From: Vitrella brassicaformis CCMP3155
Taxonomy: Eukaryota; Protista; Chromerida
Direction of reading: 5' to 3'
Length of the DNA stretch: 64,000 bases
Assembly: GCA_001179505.1 (NCBI GenBank)
Contig: CDMY01000367.1
Coordinates: 35,107 to 99,106, forward strand
This document shows positions 33,915-46,963 of this stretch, one piece after another (the stretch's first letter is position 1; every line of letters begins with the position of its first letter). The notes beneath the pieces were generated by a model, which did no database searches, had not been told where the DNA came from, and saw only the letters and a list, made by a program, of their open reading frames with translations. Position numbers and translations under genes: made by a program.

Positions 33915-36900
33915 TCACTGCCGCACTCCGAAGTTGGCCTCCAGCCTCTGCACCAGCCTGTCCAGGTCAGTCTGCACACACACACACACACACAATTAAC
34001 ACAACCACCACTGTCTCCTTTTGTGTGGGTGGCCTGTCTGTCTGTCTGTCTGTCTGTCAACCCTTGCTGACCGCTTCTTGGTCCAGGCTGGCGAGTGCGT
34101 CCTGGTGCAGCTTCAAGATCTCAGCAATGCCGGCAATCTGACACACCAACCAGTTCATTCATCCGCCGCTGGCAGCCCGCAGCCACCACACCCACATGCC
34201 CTCACCCACCGGGTCTGGGAGGCTCTCGCTGACGAGGCGGCTCGCTTCGGTCTCCAACTCACCTATCTGCAGCGCAAGACACACACACGTGACACAGGCG
34301 AGCGAAGACACAGGCGAAGAGCAAGCACGTCATTCATTGATCTGAGTGGTGCAGAGCTCCCTCCCTCCCTCCCTCCCTCCCCTTGTTGCCCACCTGCTGT
34401 TCCATCATGTTGAGCCGAGTCTGCATCTGCATGGCGCGGGATTGACTGTACGGCATGGCACACACACCCCCACACACACGGCAGCAGCAGGCGGGCATGT
34501 GAGTCAGGTGGTGGATGGGATGGTTGCAAGGTCGCGTACGTGTTGATGTGTGGCTGCGGTGCGCCCTTCATTTTCTGGCCTAGGTAGTTGCTCACGCCCT
34601 GCAGCTGCTCCAACATGGTCTTCTGAAACACACACACCCAGGGAGAGAGAGGGAGGGAGGGAGAGCCGATGTGAGCACAGGCATGGTGGCCAGGGCACGC
34701 ACCGCACCACACCGCCCCTGACCTGCTGCTGTGCCATGATCTCGAGTGTATCGTCCATGGTCTTCTGCCGGGCCTCCAGCGCATTCTGGCTCTCATTCAG
34801 AGCCATCAACTGACACACACACACGTACGGCGGTGTGTTTGGTGTCCTTCCTCTCCCTCTCCCTCTCCCTCTCCCTCTCTCTCCTCTCCCTCCTTCAGTG
34901 TGCTGTCTGCCCACCTCCTTGACGGCCCGTATGTTGGCTAGGTCCGTCTGCTTGACCTCGTCAGCCAAAATCTGGAACTCCTCAGCCTGCACACACACAG
35001 AGTGCACGGCTTGCGTAGTGGGTGGGCGCTTCGTCAGTCAATGTCTGATCGCCCCACCTGATGCGCCACTCGCGCCTCCCACTGGCGCAGCAAATCGTCA
35101 ACCTTCTTGTGCGGCATCTGAGACAACCGAACTGCACGCAACCCACATCAGTCATTGTCGCACTATCCCACAGGGCCAGCACTAGTCCGTCCCCTCCCCC
35201 ACCTTGTTCTGGGCTCTGCAGTGTGGGGGCGGCCCCCGTGGTGGCTGCACCCGCTGCGGCAGCTGCTGCAGCAGCAGCCGGGGCCGCTGATGTGGCGGGT
35301 GCACCCACAGCGCCAAACAGTGATGCTGCACAGGGTGCACCATAGCATCCAACACGTAGGTGAACGAGGAGTCATGCCGCCGACAGGTGAAGTCCCACCC
35401 GCTCCTCACTCACCTCCTGATGCAGGTGTGAGTGCAGCAGTGGTGCCTGCACACGTGCCGTGCACAGCAATCCATCCATCCATCGATCCACCCCCTCCCC
35501 TCTCTAGCAGCCCACCTGCAGCAGGTTGAGTCCCCGCAGGTGCGGCGGCGGCAGCAGCTGGTGCGGATGTGGTGGCGCCAAACAGTCCCGCTGCTGCTGC
35601 AGGGGCCGATGTCTGTGCTGCTGCACCCGTGGTAGCTGACGGCTGGGCCGCCGTGCTCGCTGCACCGAAGAGTGACGTGCCTGTAGCCGCTGCAGTTGAT
35701 GGGGCAGCTGTGCCGAACAGTCCACCTGCACACACCGAGGGAGGGAGAGATCGCCCAGATGGATGGATGCTCTCTCTTGTGTGTGGTGTGGTGTGGGGTA
35801 CCTCCAGTGGTCTGAGCGGACGACGCGGCCCCGAACAGGCCTGCCGCAGGGGCAGCCGCAGACGTGCTGGCAGCCGTCGTTGATGCCCCCGCTGCAGCCG
35901 CACCAGTGGTACCTGACATCCAAAGCGAGAGAGACGACATCATGACTGACACTTGCTGTCCTGTCCTGTCCTCTTCTCACACACCCGCACCAAACAGTCC
36001 TCCTCCCGTGGTTGCCCCGAACAGTCCAGGAGCAGCAGCAGCGGTCGATGCTGCGGCACCAGTGGCCCCGAACAGGCCCCCGACTGCGGTGGTGGACGCC
36101 CCTCCGGTGGTGCTGGTGGTGGCAGGGGCCGCGCCGGTCAGACGAGAGGCGCCCCCGGAGGGCACAGGTGGCGAGGGGCTGACGGCGGGGTGGGGCGTGG
36201 CGCCGAACAAACCTCCACCTACACACCAGTGGCGCAGGAGGTCAGTGAGGTGGGACGCTTTTTGTGTGCTAGAGGGTGTCTGTGGTAGTGGGGAGGAAGG
36301 AGGTACCTGTCTGTGCAGGTGCAGAGGGTGCGAACGAGAAGGCACCTCCAGCGCCGCCCGATGCAGCAGTAGGTGCAGGTGGTGTGGCCCCGGCTGTGCC
36401 TCATTAATGAAGGAGCACATATATCACATCCACGCACAGCACAGCACAGCACACCGTCCACTCGTCAGTCATCTCTAGCTATGTCTGTCGGCCATGCATA
36501 CCGTGTATCTATCGTATGGATCTTACTTGTTGCAAATAGTCCGCCTGTTGCTGGTGTGGTCTGGCCCCCGAACAGTGATTGGGTGGCCTGCCCGGCCGTT
36601 GCTGGTGCGCCTGTCCCTGTGGCTGGTGCACCGAACAGGGCTGTGCCTGCTGCGGCCGACGAGGGGGCAGCTGCGCCAAACAAACCACCTGAACAAAAAC
36701 GGGGCGACCGAGACACATCCATCCATCCATCCAGCCATGAGCAAACAGTCGTACCTACCTCCTGTAGTGGCCTGTGTCGCTTGTGCACCGAACAGGCCGC
36801 CGGTCGCAGCGCTGCTCGCGGCCGCAGGAGCAGCCGTGCCGAACAAAGCGGCACCTGTAGTACAAGGAAGAATGTGTAGATAGATACCTTCTGGATACGT

Positions 36901-38246
36901 GTGTGCACATCGTTCATGTGCGTATGAAGATTCTGAGTGAATACCTGTGGATACCGGTGCCGCTGCTGGTGCGGCAGTGGTTGTGCCGAAGAGCCCTCCG
37001 CCAGTGCTAGATGGTGCGCCGAAGAGACTCTGCCCTGCACACACGTCACCACACCACACCACACCACACCATCGATCCCCACAGCTAGACTCACGGCAGC
37101 CTCGGCCTCTCTCCCCACCCACTGGCTGCTCCACCCCACCTGCTGCTGCCCCAGTGGCGGGAGCTGCACCGAACAATCCACCTGCCCACATACACATACA
37201 CGAATAACCGTCACCCTCCCGTCAGTTTGTGTCGTGATGGCCACCACCTCTCAATCAAGGACTCACCTGACGTCTGTGCCGCTGTTGTGCCTCCGAAGAG
37301 GCCCCCACCGCCCCCTGCAGCAGCAGGTGGCTGTGGCTGCTGGACGTTGGCCGATGGAGCACCGCCGAACAAGCCCCCTCCTGTGGTGCTGCTGCTTGCC
37401 GGTGCAGCGCCGAATAGCCCGCCGGCCTGCGCCGGGGCAGACGTGCCGAACAAACCACCACCACCTAACGCACACAGACACGGGGACACAGACAGAGGGA
37501 GGGAGATGTGAGCTGAGCTGTATGGGCGGCTGGTGTCTGTCGAGTCGAAATGCATCCGCTCACCTGTGGATGTGGCTTGTTGACTTGATGCGGCACCAAA
37601 CGCCGATGTCCCAGTAGACGCGCCGCCAAACAAACCGCCTGCAATGCAATGGACACGTGCACACGACGCAAAGACGAGAGAAAACCTTCGCACACCCATT
37701 CACGTCACGTCGTGTGTGTCGTGTCGTTCGGTTCGTGCCTGTTGCAGGCGCGGACGATCCGAACAGCCCTCCTCCAGTCGCCGCACCCGTGTTGCTGCCG
37801 AACAAACTTCCACCACCGCCTGGAGACAGACACCGACGTGATACGCTTGACATGTCAAACCAAAACCGACATGGGATGCAGCACCGACCTGTTGTGCCAC
37901 CGCCGCCAAAGAGGGACGCCTGCGTGCCCTGGCCCTGTGTGGAGCCGAAGAGGCCTCCCGCGCTGCTCGAGGCGCCAAACAAGCCGCCTGAGCTGGGCTG
38001 CTGACTACTCGCACCTGACACACACACGTGTGCACATCAAGGCAGATCAAGATGAATGAATGTCACATGTGAGATGGCCGCTCCGGCGCTGTCTGTCTGT
38101 CTGGTGTGTCTGTCGTCACGCCACAGTGTCCCTTCTCGTGCCGGACTGACTGATCTGGCATGCATGCGATGATCCGCGGTCTGTCTGGAGGAACTCTTCT
38201 TATCTTTTCCCGCGCCGCTCTGCTTACCGAACGTGCCACCAAACAT
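33915..38246 (-). CDS. NUP62: FG-repeat nucleoporin Nup62/Nsp1-like, many exons
   Basis: Starts MFGGTF, followed by dozens of GGLFG/SLFG repeats in Ala/Thr-rich spacers. Coiled-coil exons read RLSQMPHKKVDDLLRQWEARVAHQ / AEEFQILADEVKQTD... / LMALNESQNALEARQKTMDDTLEIMAQQQ / IAEILKLHQDALAW..., consistent with Nsp1_C; stop 33915-33917. Confidence 0.85.
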
Positions 38247-38474
38247 CTTGGCTGCCTCTGAACCCTCTTCCACTTTCCAGAGTGAGAGAGCGGTTTCACG
38301 CAATGTCCTAAGCGTCAAGTGCGAGCTTTTTGCTGATCTGCCTTCCTTTGTAAAAAAGCCCCTCCCGTGCCTTGTGAGTACCTTCCCCGGCCTCCCACCG
38401 GCAGCAGGTGGCGCATTCCACGAGAGACTGCAGGAGGGGTGAGGGGGTGAGGTCAGCGGTCCACCGCCGTCACC

Positions 38475-39133
38475 ATGCGGTTCGCCGCCTGCCGTCAGGC
38501 GTACATGTGAGCACACGGCCGGGGGGAGGCAGGGAGAGCAGAGATCTGCCCCTCCGGGAGTGCATTCATGTGTCGTGACTGTCTGTCTGTGTGGTGTCCC
38601 CGATGATCAGGACGGCCCAGCGGCATTTCGGTTCAGAGTATCGGAGGGGTCTGCCCAGTCTGACGAGGCTCAACGCACTCGGGCCGTACAGGACACTCAC
38701 CACGCAGAGGTGCGTCGGATGGGCTTGGGCAGCCACAACACATGTAGGGTGCTCTGTGATGTGTCTCCTCGCCTGTTGTGTGTGGTTCTTTCACAGGAAT
38801 GCGTTCACGTTGAGGATAGAGCCGTCGACGACCTGCTCATTATCGGCGGCCCTGGGCATCGCCGCACTCAGGCACGGACTCGTCCCTCCCACATCAGAGT
38901 TCGGCGGACTCGGTCAGTGAGGGAGGGGCTGGCAGCGAGGAGGAAGCCGCACACGCCACAGATGCATCCGTCCATCATGCTGTCCGTGTCTGTGTGTGTC
39001 TTGTTGTTGTGTGTGGTGTGTGCATTCAGAGTCTAGCGGTTTGAGTGAGTGGCTGCTGAGTTTACTGGAGGAATACCAATGTAAGTTATGGAAGAGGGGA
39101 ACCGTCATAAACATCATAGATAGATACTCGTAA
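38475..39133 (+). CDS. Small (~115 aa) hypothetical protein, 4 predicted exons, possible mitochondrial presequence
   Basis: Splicing gives MRFAACRQAYM/TAQRHFGSEYRRGLPSLTRLNALGPYRTLTTQR/NAFTLRIEPS...EFGGL/ESSGLSEWLLSLLEEYQCKLWKRGTVINIIDRYS*. All three GT-AG junctions keep frame. No recognised family. Confidence 0.55.
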
Positions 39134-39407
39134 TCAATCATACCGCCAGACAGACAGACAGACAGACAGACGGGGGTGTGCAGTAGATGTGGTGGATTGA
39201 TGGATGGGTGTCGTGTGGCTGGCTGGCTGTATGTTTGTGAGTTTTACGAGGTAATCAGATCATGGGAATGACTGGCCACCGCATCGTAACACTAGACAGG
39301 TCAGCCAGCACAACACACACACGCCCACACACAGCAATGAGAGAGGCGATGACGCATGCATATGCATTAGTGTGCGTGCCGGGCGTGGATGGATGTCGGG
39401 CTGGGGT

Positions 39408-39450
<43 letters not shown>

Positions 39451-39750
39451 NNNNNNNNNNNNNNNNNNNNNNNNNNNNNNNNNNNNNNNNNNNNNNNNNN
39501 NNNNNNNNNNNNNNNNNNNNNNNNNNNNNNNNNNNNNNNNNNNNNNNNNNNNNNNNNNNNNNNNNNNNNNNNNNNNNNNNNNNNNNNNNNNNNNNNNNNN
39601 NNNNNNNNNNNNNNNNNNNNNNNNNNNNNNNNNNNNNNNNNNNNNNNNNNNNNNNNNNNNNNNNNNNNNNNNNNNNNNNNNNNNNNNNNNNNNNNNNNNN
39701 NNNNNNNNNNNNNNNNNNNNNNNNNNNNNNNNNNNNNNNNNNNNNNNNNN
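39451..39750. other. Assembly gap (300 N) preceded by a G40 run
   Basis: G run at 39411-39450, then the N-run. Confidence 1.
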
Positions 39751-42700
39751 GAGGGAGCGGAGCGGGAGAGAGTCGTAGTTCCGTGTTGTGTTCCTCTTAC
39801 TTTATGACTTGTCGATGTATCGACAGTCTGGGTCTGTGCTGTTGTGTGTGTGAGTCAGGTGTTGGCATAATGCACTTAGTGGGATTCCAGCCAGTCAAAT
39901 ACCGACACACCGGTATGCATGGTATATAGGTACCTACTCACTACCACCATTGGTTGTGCCCTTCTTCGTTGGCATGCCACCAGTGTAGTGTAGTTACTGT
40001 GTGTGCGTCCTTCATGCCATCCAACCACCGAGCCAGTGCATGCCTGTCTGTGTCTGCACACGTATCCCCTCCACCCGCGATATACACCGCTCTCTCTGTG
40101 TGCTGTGTGTTGTGTGCTGTGTGTTGTGTGTTGTGTGCAGTCCGCACCAATCTATTGAGATGCATATTAGCTATCGAAACAAAATCGTTATGGGGTGGCC
40201 ATGGCGTGGGTGGTGCTCTGACTGCTGCTGGTGTGGTGTCGCCCACTCAGGCTACTCAATACTCAACATCTTATCTGCGAGCACAAAGTAAGACAGACAG
40301 ACAGACTGACAGACACAGAGAGACAACAAGATTAGGCACAGAGAGAGAGAGAGAGCGACTGTTCTCTTCCCTTACCCATGGTGAAAGGGCTGTGTGTTTT
40401 GATGCGTACGAATGCCCGCTCGTGTGTGCCTGGTGCCAGCCACGTTTGCTGCCCACATTGACTCACCGCCCATCTTTTGTTTTGCTGCTGTGATGTGTGT
40501 TGTGTTGTGTTGTAGATTTGTGCATCACGGGATTCTGGACATTAGCCGACCGCTTCGTCTCTTGGCTCGTCCTGCCGTGTGGTGTGGTGCATGCAGCGTT
40601 TTCCATCACAAACAAAAAGATACTGCCAGTCATCCCATCCTGCAGCCAGCCAGCCAGCCAGCCAGCTACCGACAGGCAAGTCGACCGAGGCAGGCACCTG
40701 ACTTGCACACACAGCCCTGTCCGTACTCATGTAAGTCAGTCATGTGTGTGCATTGGGTGGGTTGGTTGAGGGGTCTGTGTGTGTGTGTGTGTGTGTGTGC
40801 ATATCGTGACTGACACATACACACGACGATACGATCACGTGTGTCGACACACACACGTCACGGACGTTACGTTGCTGTCTCTCTGCTTTGCTCTGTGTGT
40901 GTGTGGTTTCTGTCTGCATGTGCTGCTGGCGACCGGTGGTGGTTGTGGTCATCTTCCCCTCTGCGCCGTCTCTCCTTCAACCCTGCCGCTGGTGCTCGTG
41001 CTGCTGATGGTCGATCTCTCCATCTCTCCATCTCTCCATCTCTCCATCCATCCATCAGGCAAGCAGTACATACGAGACTTCGATCCGTTAGCGTGCCAGC
41101 CGAGCCAGCCAGCCAGGCAGCCCGCCATGTGCGTCCGTCCATGTGGGATGTTTTGGTGGTTTGGCACACAGGCATCATTCTAAATGGCTCACACGGAATG
41201 ACTACATGGGTTGGTCAATCATTGGACAGACGAGACAAGACAGGGCCGCCTGGGGGGGGTACATGACAGACATGTGCGCTGTCAGCCAGCCAGTCTGCCA
41301 GCCAGCCAGACAGCCAGGCAGGCACCCACTAGCTCAGACAGACAGAAACAGACAGAAGGGGTGAGGGGGGCCTGGCTTGGGTGGCTCGGCTAGGCTCGCT
41401 GGCGTCCATGTGGTGTGCATGTGTGTGTGGCGCCTATGCGTGTGTCTGAATCGAATCACCGTTCTTCTGTCTGTCTGCCTGCCTGTCTGCCTGTTTGTGT
41501 GTGTTGTGTGGTTGCAGTTTCCAAACACATCAGCATAACAATAATGGCATCACCAGTATGGGAACCACCGACCCGACCCGACCCCACCAAGTAGTCGATG
41601 ACGGACAGACAGACCGGGGGGCGGTTTGGTGATACATGGGTGGGTGGGTGGGTGGATGGATGGGTGGGTGGGACAAGAAGGCAGGCCTCTCTGTGTGTGT
41701 GTTTTGGTTGAGACGCTCTCGGTCTCGTTCGTTCCGTTTTTTGTCTGTTGTGCGATGTGCCGTCACCGTGTGGCTTTGCCTCTCATCGTGGGGGAGGGGC
41801 ATGCGGTGACGGCAAAGTACTACAACAGGCGAAGGACGGACGGACGGATGGGAGACGGGAGACACGTGTGTGGGCGTGTGCGTGGTCCAGTGGTGTTCGA
41901 TAGCGAGCTAGCCAGAGGCTGTGTGCACACACACGGGGTGGTGACTGACTGACTGACTGACTGGATGGATGGATGGATGCTCTCTCCTCCTTTCCTTCGT
42001 CTCGGTGATTTGTGTTGGTTCCACCATTCACACCAGACCGACTTCCAATGAGCACATTCGAAAGTGCTCTTGTGGTCGGTGTGTTGTGGGTGGTGAGTGC
42101 GACACAAACCAACGAGATGAGGAAGATGAGCTCGTGTTTGCAACTTGTGTGTGTTGGGTAGCCAGCCAATGGCTCTCCCTCCGTCCCACTCATCTCATCC
42201 ATTCCAGTCACCACAACGCACGTACATGTCTGTCTACTCTACATGGGTATCACTCACTGGATGGATGGATATGCACGATGGGCCGTGCCGTCAGTCAAGT
42301 TGATGGCCCTGCCCGTCAGTCTCGCTCAAGTGAGTATATATAATACCAGATCAGCCTGCCTGCACAGCACTTGACTGACGCGGTTTTGTCAACGGTGTGA
42401 TGGGTGCATGGGTACGTGAATGGATGAATGCACAGACAGACAGACAGACAGAGAGATGGGGAGGGATGGATCGAATGTTTTGAGCTGAGCCTGTCTGAGA
42501 GGGATCTGATCGCGTCGCAGTTTGACGCCGTTGCCCCACTGCCTGCCTGCCTGCCGTGTCGGCCATGGACGGATGGATGGATGGATGGACACACGCGGTG
42601 GTGTTTGTTTGTCTATTGCTGACTGACGGAATGCGCCTCTTCTACGTGCAACGTGACACGGGGAATGGGTGGCTCTCGCTTTAAGCAGTGGGTGAGAGGA

Positions 42701-42966
42701 CCGATGTGTCTATGGATCTGCCTGCCTACCATCAACCAACGAATGTTTGACCAACCGAGCTGAGCAGGACCCCGCCTTCATTTCATTCAACGCACTCATA
42801 TATTCACATCATCCATCCATCAAATCCACTTAACATTGTCACACACCGACACACACATGTGCAGGTGTCCAAAGACCATCCGTCCGTCACAGGTCTCACG
42901 TCAATTCAATTAGCCACATGGAGCACACCACCGACCCTCCCAGTCACCCCCTCCTGTCTGTCGCCT

Positions 42967-45900
42967 TCAGTCAGCAAGATCCAGCGTCAGCACCTGCTGC
43001 TTCATGTGCATCACAGCCTGGCCCCGTTGCTGCTGCCGAGGAGACGGAGGATAGGCCAGCCGTGCCCCAGGGTGCTGCACCGCTGAGACCGGCCGACTCA
43101 CTCGAGGCTTCTTCTGCTGTACATCAGTGGTGGACGACCGCCGTGGCTGCGGCGATGGTGGGGGCTGAGGTGGGGGCGGGGCAGGGGGGTTGATGCGGTA
43201 TGAAGACGAGACGGTGGGTTTGGCGTAGGAGGGCACCTCCCCTGGGGCCGAGTACCGTCTGGCGGGCTTCCTCGGTGGGACCTCCTCAGTGTCTTCCTCC
43301 TCATCTTCTTCATCTGACTCACTCTCCTCTTCTCCTTCTTCTTCTTCGTTTTCATCTTCCTCTTCGTCGTCCTCTTCCTCTTCCTCTGCTTCTGACTCGG
43401 ACGATGACTCCTCAGCTGCCGCCACCTGCTGTCGCGGGGGCGGGGGGTGCTTGGATCGGCTGCTCCTGTCATCGGACTGAAGGGAAAGGGGCAAAGGAAA
43501 GGCATGCAGTGTGTCTGACTGTCTGGGGAGGGTGGGTGGTGGTGGTGGTGTGGCGTACGTCGATTCTGAGGAGCTCGGCGACGATGTCGACTGGCAGATT
43601 GACGAGAGAGGCCACCTCACTCACACCCTACACACACACACACACGCAGAAGGAATCCCTTGTGCATGACTGACGATAGGTACACCAATGCGCCGATGCG
43701 ATGCGCACCGGTGGAGGTGGGAGTCCAGATGGCGGCAGTGGTTCGGTCATCCGCCTCCGCTGCAGCAGCTTCATCGCCGCCTGGGTCCGGCACTTGGGGC
43801 ACTGACACGTGAAGCCATAATCCTGATGACACACAACCAGATGCCTCCATGCACCGCACCCCTGCAGACTCTATCACCCGTACGGCTACCTGCTGCAGCT
43901 GCTTCTGCCGGAGTTCCAGCGGCTTGGCCTCGTCGATGTACGACTGGAGGATCTCCTCGCCCGCCCGGATGGGCCGTGCCGCCTTGACCACCGACTCTTT
44001 GCAGTTGACGTAATCCACGTCAACATTCGGCCAGCACGAATGATTCGTCAACGCAACTATGCGACACACACACAGACATAAGGAAAGATATTGGGCCGAG
44101 GGGCCATCATTTGTGTTGGTATGTGGGTGTTTCACCTGATCTGAAGAGCCCGATACCGAGGAACGGCGGGAAGATGCCGTTCTTGTCGTCGTTTTCGTCA
44201 GAGTCTGCGTCGCGTGTGTCGGCGGCCATGGCGGCAGTGGGGCTGTGAGGAAGCTCGTGCTCCTCTTCCTCCTCCTCCACACAATCCACTATACGCTTTA
44301 CCTCACGAAACACCTGCACACACACACACATCCATCCATCCATCTATTGAGGGGTCTCGTTGCGTATGAAGACGTACCGGTTGGCATGCAATGAGTGCCC
44401 TGTGCACATTCTGTGGTGTGGTGACTCTGTTGGCCATGTTGCGGCGGATGATGCGGTTGAGGGGGTGGGGGAACTCCACGTTCATGTTGACCAGATCGAA
44501 CTGACCCTGATCCATGAATGGGTGCACCGAGAGCACACCATTCACACACAGCCGGACAGAGGATGGATGGCTGGCTCTTTGACCGCCAATGTCTTCCACA
44601 TGTACCGTACCAGTAGGTTAGCGTAGTACTCGAGCGAGAAGAGCTCCAGCCAGTTTGGCGGCGGGATCGACGGGTGCGTGTGTGCGTCTTTGGTGTCGCG
44701 CGTGATGACGTCCAGGAACACCTGATTGAGCCGACTCAGAGACTCCGACAGACTGCACAGGCAGGGATCCGGGCAGTGAGGAAATTGAGAATTTGCGGCT
44801 CAATGTCCGTCCCTGCCACCATTCACTCACCACTTGAGTCTGTGTTCTCTATAGTGAAGGCTCGACGGCTGCCGCCGCACCCTATCCTCACCAACCAAGT
44901 CATACCTGCATCGCATCAGAGCCATCCAATCCACGCAACAGAAAGGACGCCATTCACGCCAACACGGGATATGATTTGTGTTGTTGGCCTCTCACCAGGG
45001 TTTTTGGTAGAAAACGGCGTACTCCGCCATGCACAGGTCGAGGGGCCGCTCCTCGTACTTGACCTGACAGATAATGTCGGCGTACACCAGGCCGGCGAGA
45101 ATGAAGTTCTCGTGATAGCGACGCGCATGCCTGACGAGAGAAAGCAGAGCTGTGAATGGCCGGCAGGCAGATGCATGGATGCACGTTGCTCTGTGGCGTA
45201 TGTGTACTTGCAGAAGTCCTTCCATTTGTGACGTCTGACGGGGGTCATCTCGGCGCACAGGATGCGATGATGCGTTGAACGAAGGGCGGTCTGAGGGACG
45301 AAGGAAGGAAACACAGACATGTGAACAGTCGTGAATGCGTGTTCGTTGATGTGTTTAGCCTGCCGCACCTGCATGCATTCGTGTGAGCAGAAGACCTCCC
45401 CAGAGCCGTGTGGGCACTTGAGGGGGCGAGGCAACCCTTCCTCCAGATACTGCACACCCAATTAAACACCCAACCACACCCATTTTATGCCCGCATCAGT
45501 GAGTGGCTGGAGCCGCCTCTCTCTGCGTACCTTGGTCACATGTGAGGTCAGGGCCTGGTGCGCCTCGGGAAAGTTCTTGGCCAACGACTTGCCCGCACTG
45601 ATGCCGACAGACAGACAGACAGCCACACAGACCGATATGCATAATATGAGGAAGGGCACAGTGTTCATGGATGGGGTCTGTTGACACCCACTTGGCGAGT
45701 ACGTGGTCGAGCTGCTGGCGAAATCCACCCACTATACGGAAGCAGTGGCTGCACGCTATGCAGCAGCGTCTGTTGTGGAAAGGGCAGACAGACAGGCACA
45801 CAGACAGACGACATGAGTGCGGCACAACACAGCTGTGGTTCACTCACTCCCTCTCTGTGGTGTGGGCTCACTTGGAGTACAGGTGCTGCATGGCCTTGAG

Positions 45901-46320
45901 TGGTGTGTCCCGGTACACAACTGCATAAGCAGAACAGGCCGGCAATGCACAGCACACAGGCGACCCTTTGCCTCTCCTTTGGCTTCTCTCACCATCTCCC
46001 TTTTGGAAGTCCCTCAGTGCCACGAGCCCCATGCCCATCTCTCGACCAAAGTAGCGAATGCCCACATCCTTGAACGTGCTGTCGCAGAACCGCTCATGCC
46101 ACATCCGATAGATCTCGCTGCGCAACGCATATGGCGGCCACGGCTCAGTCTCACTCTCAGTCTCCCTCGCCGTCAGCTGCTCATCCCGCTCCTCTACCAG
46201 AGAAGCAGAGTCTTCTGGTGCTTCAGGCTCTTCTGCCGGTGCCATCGTGACCTCTTCTGCTTGGCCTGGAGGCCGGCTGATGTCTTGTTGGCTCACCGCC
46301 GGCGCCGAAGCAGCATTCAT
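42967..46320 (-). CDS. SMYD-type SET-domain lysine methyltransferase (split SET with MYND-like zinc finger) with an acidic, Pro-rich tail, multi-exon
   Basis: GMGLVALRDFQKG, C..C.HC...CPHG...FCSHEC...HHRILC, GIGLF, NHSCWPN, GEEILQSYI, post-SET YGFTCQCPKC, and an E/D tract at ~43290-43420. Confidence 0.9.
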
Positions 46321-46564
46321 GCCGAAGGCTCGGATGACGAATATCAGATAACCACGTTCCGATGATGTGACAAAGAAGTTGATACAAAACGCCGTGGCGC
46401 TCAGGAGGCGCTTCAGTGGAGCATGTCTGCGAGCTTAGCCGAAAGAGCTCGCAGTTCGAGGAATTCCTACGGGGAAGAATGGCTAATCACGTACATTACA
46501 AACCACAAATAACACTTCCGTCGCCACCTATCGTTTCTTTTCTCGTCATCGGCCAGCGTCAGTC

Positions 46565-46963
46565 ATGACGAGCAGCCTTGCCATCGTGATCACCCGCGAC
46601 TCATCGCCCACGACGCACAACAGCATCACGGCACGCATGGGCACCTTCTCATGCTCAGGCGTCAACAGCAGCAGCGGCCACACGCTAGAGAACGAGGGCC
46701 AGAAGATTCCCACGGGCACCTACTCAGCCTTCGTCCGCCGAGACCGTCAGATGCCTCGCATCCAGCTGCAGGACGTCCCAGGCCGCACCGAGATCCAGAT
46801 CCACACCGGCAACTGGGTGAAAGATGTGACGGGCTGCATCCTGCCGGGGACGGGCACTGCCACGGACGAGAAGGGGCCCATGGTGACCAACAGCGGTGCT
46901 GCGATGAACAAGATGATGGAGGGGGTTGTCGATGGCACCAAGATCACCGTCACTGTCATGTGA
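46565..46963 (+). CDS. Intronless DUF5675-like protein (L,D-transpeptidase/carboxypeptidase-like, bacterial/phage type)
   Basis: 132 aa ORF with GHTLE...KIPTGTY...PRIQLQDVPGRTEIQIHTGNWVKDVTGCILPG...SGAAM. This matches the recalled DUF5675 consensus (TLE...IP.G.Y...L..VP.R..I.IH.GN...DT.GCILVG...S..A). His codon at 46802-46804, Cys codon at 46835-46837. Confidence 0.8.
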   Translation: MTSSLAIVITRDSSPTTHNSITARMGTFSCSGVNSSSGHTLENEGQKIPTGTYSAFVRRDRQMPRIQLQDVPGRTEIQIHTGNWVKDVTGCILPGTGTATDEKGPMVTNSGAAMNKMMEGVVDGTKITVTVM

